From assembly GCA_964594215.1 (NCBI GenBank), contig CAZQLN010000005.1, positions 2,475 through 66,474 of the forward strand: a stretch of 64,000 nt of DNA, written 5' to 3'. The notes beneath the pieces were generated by a model. That model was not told the DNA's origin, searched no databases, and was given only the letters and a program-made list of their open reading frames with translations. The position numbers and the translations under genes were made by a program. Below, in pieces: positions 32,101 to 40,300 of this stretch (the first letter of the stretch is position 1; each line of letters begins with the position of its first letter). The DNA comes from an uncultured Bdellovibrionales bacterium (GTDB taxonomy: Bacteria > Patescibacteriota > Minisyncoccia > Moranbacterales > UBA1568).

Positions 32101-33837
32101 ATATCCCTTGATCCAGCGAGAGCGCTGCCGTAACCAATTTTTCCAATCACTATTCGCCTCCTCAAGTGTTACTGAATCAATCACAGCGGTTCGGTATCCT
32201 CTTTTAAAAAGACGTACTCCAAGATCACAGTCCTCTGTTACGTTAAACGGATCCCATCCCTGCAGTTCCAAGAGCTTCTTAGTCCGAAAATGATTACTTG
32301 TTCCACCGAGTGGAATGGAAGTGTTAATCGTCTGAAGACCTGTCAAAATAACATCGAACCATAATGAGTACTCTGCCGTAAAAAGACGAGTCAGCATGTT
32401 CTGATGAGGATTGAAATAATTTAGTTTAGCTTGGAGACACTGGACTTCTGGACCACTTTTTTGAAATGCCAGAAAGGCTTTTTTTAGTTGAAATGGATCT
32501 GGAATATCTTCAGCATCATAAATCACTGTATATTCACCTCGTGAGACCGATAAACCATAGTTACAAGCTTTTGGTTTAGTCTTAGGCATGGAATGAGGCA
32601 CTACTACAATACGCACATACGAAGGTAGTCCCATTTCTTGGGCAGCGATGACTGTTTCTTGATCATTTTCCTCTAAAAGCAAAAGGACATCGAGTTTAGC
32701 CTTAGGCCAATCGAGCTTCTCAATGGCGTCCATAAAATGAGGTAGCATATGAGCCTCCTTATAGAGTGGACAAAGGATTGAGTATAGTGGTAAATCTTTC
32801 TCATTCAAAGCTGCTAACTCTTCTTCTGTACTACATAACTCTGGTGGCGTTTTCAAACTTTGCAATACTAGTCCAAGATTGAAAAATACGTCTATAAAAT
32901 AGAGGGTTGTGATAAAAGCAAAAAAGGCTATCCCCGTGTGGAGTGGTGTTATGATAAGACCAAGAATAAACAGTCCCACTAGACTCAAGAGAAAAACTTT
33001 CTGCCATGGAATGAAGGTCTCAAGAGCAGAAATATCATGATGGAGAGTGGTGTGAGTAACAAAACGTGTCCGATTATGTGCAATACCTGCACCATGCATT
33101 GAATCTTTGGACTCTGGATGAATGAGTAGTGGTGGCCGACCCTGATATTTCAGTTTAAGAGCGCTCCAACCTATCTCAAAAATAGCTTTCAGCGGACTTA
33201 ATTTTGATGATCCAGCTAATCTCTCAGAAAAATTTATATCTACCGTACTAATCACATACCCGTAATTCCTCGCTGAGAGCAAGAACTCCATATCAAATGT
33301 CCAGGGTGTTGGATCGAGAATCACTTCACGTAGAATCTTCTTACGAAATACTTTAAGTCCAGATTGACTATCACAATCAAGATCGTGTAAGAGTCGAGCA
33401 AAAACGAAGCTGAATGACTTACTAAGGAGTGCCCGAATAAACTGAGTATCATGCGTTACCCTGTTAGCAACGACGATATCAGATCCCGCAAACAACTTCT
33501 CTACCATCTCTGGGATAGCTTCCGGTGGATACTGAAGATCTCCATCAATCATCACTATGGATTCATAAACTGCATATGAGAACCCCTCAATTAGTGATTG
33601 GGCTTTACCAGAGTGACCCTTCTTAGAAAAAAAGTGTACCTTGAAATAATCCTTATACTTGAGAGCTGCTTCCTGAATAACCTTTCGAGTATTATCAATG
33701 GAGTGATCATCTATAAAAATAACCTCTCCTTCGTAAGAGGCTTTTACAAAAATTTCCTGAACTCTTTCCAAAAGAGCCAGTATATTCCCCTCTTCATTGA
33801 GGACTGGGACAACAATAGATACTTGCTTCGCTCTCAT
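29140..33837 (-). CDS. Giant fusion: polyprenol-P-sugar synthase-like GT2 + processive (CesA-like) GT2 + Wzx/MOP flippase + GT4
   Basis: VPVLNEE/DDHS/DGDLQYPPE; CPLYKE, KPKACNYG, YDAED, TEDCDLG, QRSRW; multi-TM flippase region; GGAEVY, LYLGRL, EGWGIVVIEA. Confidence 0.88.
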   Translation of the reverse strand: MRAKQVSIVVPVLNEEGNILALLERVQEIFVKASYEGEVIFIDDHSIDNTRKVIQEAALKYKDYFKVHFFSKKGHSGKAQSLIEGFSYAVYESIVMIDGDLQYPPEAIPEMVEKLFAGSDIVVANRVTHDTQFIRALLSKSFSFVFARLLHDLDCDSQSGLKVFRKKILREVILDPTPWTFDMEFLLSARNYGYVISTVDINFSERLAGSSKLSPLKAIFEIGWSALKLKYQGRPPLLIHPESKDSMHGAGIAHNRTRFVTHTTLHHDISALETFIPWQKVFLLSLVGLFILGLIITPLHTGIAFFAFITTLYFIDVFFNLGLVLQSLKTPPELCSTEEELAALNEKDLPLYSILCPLYKEAHMLPHFMDAIEKLDWPKAKLDVLLLLEENDQETVIAAQEMGLPSYVRIVVVPHSMPKTKPKACNYGLSVSRGEYTVIYDAEDIPDPFQLKKAFLAFQKSGPEVQCLQAKLNYFNPHQNMLTRLFTAEYSLWFDVILTGLQTINTSIPLGGTSNHFRTKKLLELQGWDPFNVTEDCDLGVRLFKRGYRTAVIDSVTLEEANSDWKNWLRQRSRWIKGYMQTYLVHMRNPFLFARENGLHALVFQLVVGGKIAFMVINPLLWITTISYFVFYAFIGDAIHALFPQVIFYMAVVSLIFGNFLYLYYYMIGCARRGHFWLIKYVFVVPLYWLMVSIAAAIAAYQLFVKPHYWEKTNHGLHIVKEKTKDKEKYWSSKQRWVHARQALISYAPNFIPKQHLHFIFSNKGFLVGAMVVGNFLNFIFNAFLGRVLSFSELNLVIFVNTLWFITTIFVNSFASTTNHRVSYLLAQKGREAMWTFFKRGLRYALYTVSLVSFIWIVTAPFLMSFFKVQDMAVLLFFTPVIIFGFLSYAFQGFLKGSLRFFWAAVVMLAEAVTKLLLAILFVYSSHPEWVYLSIPLSLMTAACVGSVVVWLMYKKISPEVSQDKVHTEEIVSFPFAFLFSSMAVSLSTILFLSVDVLLVKHFFNETQSGQYALLSLAGKMIYFLGALPMVFMVTLVSFKDGLKQGSEKILSTIFSSVLILVTLGVLILGVFGFVTAPILFGEKAREIVGWLPLYTLSIALFTLSSVLVTYHLAKREYSFSFVSLGLSLVVITSIWFDHDEFRDIIDIIFGTSLAGLVIFSAMHFFGIRIGFLGRGLRDFLGVFTNGLLKAQPLVTTGKRILIFNWRDTTHRFAGGAEVYVHEIAKTWVVEGHHVTVFSGNDGTQERFETIDGVNIVRRGGFYLVYLWAFLYYMLRFRDRYDVVIDCENGIPFFTPLYVRKPLFCLMHHVHQEVFYHSLPKPLAWLASTLEKGLMPLVYRNVQFITVSESSKQEMLDINLGQAGISIVHPGINATQFTREFVEKTTHPTILYLGRLKAYKSVNILIQAFHKVLSSRPEAILVIAGDGDDKKYLKRLAAELGFNDKQVQFLGAVSHEEKVRLLQSSWMLVNPSFMEGWGIVVIEANMCGTPVIASDVPGLRDSVLDGEAGYLVPYGDVARFSEAMLSVIKDHDLRKRFGDNAREWAENFTWEKSSMAFWEAIKSEY

Positions 33838-33935
33838 AACCAAGTGGCTTGTATTTTACCTAACTAAATTAAATCCCTTAGATAAGGGAAAATCCAATAA
33901 AAAACCGTCTATTTTATTCGAAAAGATGACTGCTT

Positions 33936-34015
33936 AGTATACCGTTAATACGTTTCTTTGTCAATCTTGATAGTGACTTCTTATATTGACTATTAAGCCT
34001 TTTCTCTGTATGATG
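33936..34015. promoter_or_regulatory. Divergent sigma70 promoters (glycan operon / PBP)
   Basis: Minus strand TTGACA-17-TATACT (33964-33936); plus strand TTGACT-18-TATGAT (33986-34015). Confidence 0.65.
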
Positions 34016-34037
34016 AGATATTTCATAGATACTTCTT

Positions 34038-36155
34038 ATGCGGTTTAAAACTCTTCTTCTTTCTATCCTTTTCCTCATTCCTCTTGTTTTGGGAGTGCTC
34101 TTCGTTGGCTTTTTCCTCTTCTATGTTCCTTCTGTTAATGACTTCACCGATGTCGTCCGCGGTGAGACCTCAGTACTCTATGATCGTACCGGTGAACATG
34201 TACTCTATCAGATTCATGGCGAAGAAAACCGTAAACCCCTTAAACATGATGATATCCCCAATGCTATTCGCCTCTCTACTATCGCCATCGAAGATGAGAA
34301 CTTTTACAACCACCATGGTGTTGATCCGCGAGCCATCTTTCGAGCCCTGCGAGTCAATATAGAAGAAGGTGGTTTCGAACAAGGTGCCTCTACTATCACT
34401 CAACAATTAGCTCGTAGCGTCGTTTTGAGTCGAGAAAAAACTATAGAACGCAAAGTGATAGAAGCTCTCCTGGCTCTCAAGCTTGATTTTTTCTTAAGCA
34501 AAGAGGATATCCTTGATCGCTACCTCAACCAAGTTCCTTACGGATCCAATGCCTATGGCGTAGAAGCGGCTTCAGAAACCTTTTTCGACAAGCCGGCTCG
34601 TGATCTTACTTTGGGTGAGTCCACTCTCTTAGCAGCTCTTCCTAATGCTCCGACACTCTATTCTCCTTATGGCAATAATCAAAACGCGCTCGTGAAACGC
34701 CAACAGCTCATCATCGAAAAACTTCTTACCAATGGTTGGATTACCAAAGACGAAGCTCGAGCGGCTATTAATGAAAATGCTCTCCAAAAAATAGTTCCTC
34801 TTAAAAGAGCTATCACTGCTCCTCATTTTGTATTTGCAGTACTTGAAGAACTAGAACAAGAATATGGTCGCGATACTCTCGAACAGGAAGGTTTGCATAT
34901 CTATACCACGCTTGATCTAGAGGCTCAACAAAAGGCTGAAGCTGCGGTCCAAAAGGGAGCTACTCGCAACCTCGCCTGGAATGCTAGCAATGCTGCCCTA
35001 GTAGCACTTGATGCGGAAAAGGGTGAGATTTTAGCTATGGTAGGCTCCAAAGACTACTTCAGCAAGGACATCGATGGCAAGGTTAATGTCGCCATGTCAC
35101 CGAGACAACCAGGTTCTTCTTTCAAGCCACTCGTCTATGCCACCGCCTTTGAAAAGGGCTACCAGCCCGAAACCATGCTCTTCGATCTCCCCATGAGCTT
35201 CGGTCCTGATGGTCAGGGCAAGGAATATGAGCCTCAGAACTACGATGGTAAAACCCATGGTCTCATCTCTATGCGCCAGGCTCTCTCAAACTCTCTCAAT
35301 ATTCCAGCTGTTCAGACCCAATACCTAGCTGGTGTTGATAATACCCTAAACCAGGTCACTCGCATGGGTCTTACTTCTCTGGGTGACAAGAATCGCTATG
35401 GTCTTTCCCTTGTCCTTGGAAGTGGTGAAGCAAGCCTTTATCAAATGGCCAATGCTTACAGTGTTTTTAGTCAGGAAGGCCTCTATCAAAAAGCCTCTGG
35501 GGTGCTCCGTGTTGAAGACCGTGACCATAAGGTCGTCCAGGAGCATACTATCCGTCCAGAGCGTGTTTTAAGCACAGAAACAGCTCGTAAGATTAGCTCT
35601 ATCCTCTCTGATAACAAGGCACGTTCTATGGTTTTTGGTAGCAACACTCCCCTCGCCTTCAAGGATGGCAGTGTCGCTGCTAAAACGGGCACTACTCAGG
35701 AGTTTCATGATGCCTGGACGCTCGGCTTTACCCGTCGCGTCGCAGTAGGTGTCTGGGTAGGCAATAATGATAATACCGCTATGAAAAGTGGTGCTGATGG
35801 CGTCTTCGTGGCTGCCCCTATTTGGCGAGACTACATGGATTACCTCCTCACCCGCTTTCCAGCTACTAGTTTTACAGAATACCAAAAAGTCGAAAGTGAT
35901 AAACCCCTTCTTACGGGTAACACCCTCTTTAAGACAGAAATCTTTGAATCAGCTCCCCAAAACAGCAAAGAGCGAAGAGCTCGTAAAAAAGAACTTCGCC
36001 GTGCAGCTCAAGAGCTACATAGTATTTTGTATTACGTAAACCGTGATGATCCGTTGGGTCCAACCGAGCCCGACAGGAGCGACCCTATGCTTGCTCGTTT
36101 TGAAGCCGCTCTTGGTCAGAACCAAGATAACCTCTTCAATCAACCAAAAAACTAG
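34038..36155 (+). CDS. Class A penicillin-binding protein (PBP1A family)
   Basis: EDENFYNHHG, GASTITQQ, RKVIE; SSFK, SLN, KTG. Confidence 0.95.
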   Translation: MRFKTLLLSILFLIPLVLGVLFVGFFLFYVPSVNDFTDVVRGETSVLYDRTGEHVLYQIHGEENRKPLKHDDIPNAIRLSTIAIEDENFYNHHGVDPRAIFRALRVNIEEGGFEQGASTITQQLARSVVLSREKTIERKVIEALLALKLDFFLSKEDILDRYLNQVPYGSNAYGVEAASETFFDKPARDLTLGESTLLAALPNAPTLYSPYGNNQNALVKRQQLIIEKLLTNGWITKDEARAAINENALQKIVPLKRAITAPHFVFAVLEELEQEYGRDTLEQEGLHIYTTLDLEAQQKAEAAVQKGATRNLAWNASNAALVALDAEKGEILAMVGSKDYFSKDIDGKVNVAMSPRQPGSSFKPLVYATAFEKGYQPETMLFDLPMSFGPDGQGKEYEPQNYDGKTHGLISMRQALSNSLNIPAVQTQYLAGVDNTLNQVTRMGLTSLGDKNRYGLSLVLGSGEASLYQMANAYSVFSQEGLYQKASGVLRVEDRDHKVVQEHTIRPERVLSTETARKISSILSDNKARSMVFGSNTPLAFKDGSVAAKTGTTQEFHDAWTLGFTRRVAVGVWVGNNDNTAMKSGADGVFVAAPIWRDYMDYLLTRFPATSFTEYQKVESDKPLLTGNTLFKTEIFESAPQNSKERRARKKELRRAAQELHSILYYVNRDDPLGPTEPDRSDPMLARFEAALGQNQDNLFNQPKN

Positions 36156-36682
36156 TTGGTATCTACTTGATCTTCTTTCGCTAGCTTAAGAGAGTTCTGA
36201 TAAAGACCTTTGATTTCAAAAATGAGGAAAAGGATGAGGCCAATTTTTAGGAGTGTCAGTGGAAACCAAACCTGCTCCCGGCAAGTATCAAACACTAGCC
36301 ACTCAAGGAGGAAGAAGGCTGTAATCAAAGCTTCAAAACGCCAATAACGGATACTTCTGTACAGACGATACTGCTCTCTTAGGTTAAAAACCATGAGCAA
36401 AACGTAGATAAAAATAAGCAATACCCAAACATCTTTAGGGAGCGCTTTGCAGAGAGATATCTCATGCACCACATCACCAGTAGCGACTACCATAACCGCT
36501 CTCCCATCGATAGAGCCAGATTTTGGTTGCTCAGAAAGGGTGGGCACTGAAGTTACTTCTCGGGTAGGATCTGCTATTGGTGAAGCATTTAAAAGTGGTA
36601 CTAACTCAAGAAAAAGCAGAGCTCCCAAGGGAATCAGAAAGGTAGCTATTGTTTTGCGTGAAAAAGTGGTTGTTATCATCAT
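36152..36682 (-). CDS. Hypothetical membrane protein in the sortase operon
   Basis: Signal-like N-terminus plus 3 TMs; 4-nt overlap with the sortase stop. Confidence 0.65.
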   Translation of the reverse strand: MMITTTFSRKTIATFLIPLGALLFLELVPLLNASPIADPTREVTSVPTLSEQPKSGSIDGRAVMVVATGDVVHEISLCKALPKDVWVLLIFIYVLLMVFNLREQYRLYRSIRYWRFEALITAFFLLEWLVFDTCREQVWFPLTLLKIGLILFLIFEIKGLYQNSLKLAKEDQVDTN

Positions 36683-37356
36683 AGTGTTTCTGGTGAAGTA
36701 ACCTGATCAGCGATAACTAGGAGTCTCTTATACGTGGTACCCGCTGGCCAACAAGTCATAAGGGTAAGGGTTTTTTCTTTGACCTTCTTATTGATATACT
36801 CTACCTCACTCTGGTCCACAATCTTTGTCTCTCGAACCGTGTAGAGGTATTTCTGACCCTTATAGAAGATGTCTATCTCATCTCCCGCTTCGAGCTTACC
36901 TAAAAGATAGAACTCGGCATTGTAGCGAACCGCCTCATAGAAGTCAACTCCTGAGTGAGAAAAGAGAAACATGTTACCAACCATGTTAGGCGTGCTCGTT
37001 CCTTTGGCATGAGCCACACCCGTCTGAAGAGCCTTCTGGTAGAGAGGTTCATTCTGCCAGTCTATATCAGCATGGATTAAGCTGTTGGCTCGAATCTTAG
37101 GGATAACAATCCCAAACTCCTTATCTTTCGGTATCAATACCTCTTCAGCTGATATACCCTGGTTTTGTGACAAAGCCTCAGCTTGTGTTTGTACTTTTGG
37201 TAGACCACTACGCTCGGTGTAATAGCCAATTTCTTGTACCAAAAGAGGAAAGAAGGTAGCGATAATGATGAGTAGACCTACCGCTACCAAACTCCCTCCG
37301 AGGAAAGTACGCCAATCCTTAATCATTCTTTGTAAGAATGCTCTTTGGTCGTACAT
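36679..37356 (-). CDS. Sortase
   Basis: TM anchor, IVIPKI, FSHSG (His), LTLMTCWP (Cys), KRLLV (Arg). Confidence 0.92.
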   Translation of the reverse strand: MYDQRAFLQRMIKDWRTFLGGSLVAVGLLIIIATFFPLLVQEIGYYTERSGLPKVQTQAEALSQNQGISAEEVLIPKDKEFGIVIPKIRANSLIHADIDWQNEPLYQKALQTGVAHAKGTSTPNMVGNMFLFSHSGVDFYEAVRYNAEFYLLGKLEAGDEIDIFYKGQKYLYTVRETKIVDQSEVEYINKKVKEKTLTLMTCWPAGTTYKRLLVIADQVTSPETL

Positions 37357-40300
37357 AGAAGAAATAATAGAGAATACCGCCGATAATCAGAAGGATGAGG
37401 AATATTGAACCCTTATTGTTTTGGGCCCAGTTGGAAATGCCTGCCTGATCTTGAGATTCATCTTTGGTCATTTCACCAAGAACTCCTTGATCTCCAGCTC
37501 CTTCAGTAGTCGCACCTTCAACAGTACCGCCCTGACCTTCTCCAGTACCTCCACCAGCTACTGGAATAGCTCCGCTTCCACCGCCATTACCTGACTGTCC
37601 ACTTACAGTAGTTGTTTTAGTCTTAGTCTTATGGATGGTATCAGTATTTACTGCTCGATCAGCGACAAAACCGGAAGCATTCCCATTGGCATCAAGAGCT
37701 CGAAGAGCGTACCAATAATCTTCATTACAGTCTGGCGGTGTGGTACTAATATAGCCATTCTGATTTGGTCCTATATCAAGAGTGGTGATAGGTGTATCAG
37801 CTACGAAGTCCTTGGCTGTTGAACGATAAAGTTCTACCTTTACTGTTTGACCGTCATTGGCGGTAGTAAACGTAATCTTATCATCACAAGTAGCCTCATC
37901 ACGATCGTAATTATACGGTGTACCTGGGAAAGTTCCATCAAAAGCTACATTGACGGTTTCGCTCTGGATAGGTAAATCCCCTTCTGCTTCAGCTGTCACA
38001 TAGAAAGAGTAATTACCGTCAGTTGGCATAACACCTGAGTTCACCTGACAATCTCCTGAGCTTCCTCCATCAATAAGCGGGATTGTCTGGAAAAGTCCGC
38101 CGGTTGTTTCGTAGCAACGAACAGTCACTGCTCGTCCTTCAGTATCAAGAGCTACAAAGCCGATCTTGAAGTTCGGAGTAGTAACAAATGCATCTGGCTT
38201 TTCTATTTCCAGCGCTAATCCTGGACCAGCCGCCATTACCTGATGACTACCAAGAAAAGTAGCTCCCGCTAATAACGCTCCAAGAAAAAGCATTTTCATA
38301 GATGTTCGTCTGCTCCACAGAAGACTCATGCCAGCACCAAGAAGGACAAGAGCTAAGAGGAGAATCCAACTATTCGCTCCAGTAGCTGGAAGACCTGTGG
38401 AGGCTCCTAAGACCCTGGTTTTACGCTCAGTATCGCGGTCTATCTCTTTCTTATTATCTGTATCGATGTTAGCGATTGGATCAACTACTGGCGTAGCTAC
38501 AGCTACCTGAGTTCCCACGAAACCAGTTGGATCATTAGCTAGAACATCACCACCACCCTGTGCATTACCTCGAGCATAGGCAAGATCTTCATAGAGCCCA
38601 TCGTCCTGAGAATCAGATATTCTAGCCTGATACTTGAGAGTTACCGTTTCACCTGGAACAAGGTTACCGACACTCCACACACCTGGTGAAGCATACTCAT
38701 GAGAAAGCTCAAGAGGTCCATCATGAGATCCTCCAAGGCTAGAGGTGGCTTCTGCACTGCCTGGCACATACTCAAAGCCCTTTGGTGGAAGATCGGTTAC
38801 CTCTGTATCAAGAACTGTATTTTCTTCTGCTTCCACGGTAAGCGTATAGATTACAAAGTCACCTGGAGCTTGAGTATCAATAACGTCAACACTCTTAGTC
38901 AGTCTTAGTACTGGAGTAATATTATGATTACCGAAAGTACAATTAAGTTCTTCGCCTGGCTCAAGGGTTGTACCTGGAACATCTACTGCAATTAATCGAT
39001 TTAATTGAAGTTCATTATTATCCGTAAGAATCTCTTCAATTTGCGTTCCACAAGTATTGAGAGTTTGTTCCCAACCCTCTTGGAGAACCTCTCGAACTAC
39101 ATAGTTACCAGGAATAAGATCCGTGAAGGTATAGGTGCCGTCCTCACCCGTAACTCCTGATGGCTCACCTTCGTCTAGACTGCCGTTATTGTTCAGATCA
39201 AGATATAAAGTCCAGCCAGCAAGCCCTGGTTCACCCTCATCTTGTTTGCCATTACCATCAGCATCAGAGAATTTATAGCCAGTAATGGTTCCTGTTTTTG
39301 CCACGTTCCAAGCAACACAGTAATAGGTATTACCGTTTTGTGGATTACCTACCCAATCCCAGTTGTCATAATTGACTACATCATTGTGACAATAAATTTC
39401 AGCACTCACCGGATTGGCATTGTTCTCTCCACCAGGAAGATTAAAGGTAAATGGAATGAAGCTATCCTTGTAGACTTCACGGAACCAAAGTTTTGGTGAG
39501 TTATCAGAATTTGGAATATCCATAGTCACCTGACCGCTGCCATTAGTGAAGTCTGAAGTGGTCCAACCAGCTCCCCCTAAAGCAACATTGTCTCCCTGAT
39601 GTGGCGTGCCATCATAACTCCACTGGAACTGCCAATCTGGTGCTAGACTACAACTTTTGTGGGTTTCTACCCAGTCAGCTGCTGTAGTGGCTGTAATATC
39701 TGGTCCTCCCTCTCCATAATTAGGAAGGTCAGCTTCGTTGGTACAGACGATTTTGGTAGCTACTACATGGACTGGTGGCTTATCATTATTAGTGATGGTA
39801 CAGGTGCCTACTCCTCCAGATGGAACAACCACTTCGCTACAATTATTAGACTCACCAGACTGATAAGTCGTATCATAGAGTGAATCAGCTACTTCGGTCA
39901 CGTTATACGTACCAGGAGTGACTTCTATCTCATTGACACCATCTTCATTAAAGGCAACTGCTTCAGCACCATCAATTTGGAAAGAAAAATCCTGAACTCC
40001 CTTTTGTTGGCCACTATCATTAACAAGATTCTTTACAATTCTTAGTGTGCCTTTCTTAGGGGCGTTCCAAGCAACACAATAATATGTCAAATTATCGTCA
40101 CTTGCATCAATAAAATCATAGTTATCGTAGTTCACTACGTCATTATGACAATACATTTCAGCACTCACGTCATTGCTATTTGGGTTTTCACTATCCTGTC
40201 CATACGTGAAAGGAATATAATTGTCATTCCATACTTCACGTACCCACACTAAAGAAGAGCTTTTCAGATCAACCTCAGCACTTGTCTCTCCATTGATACC

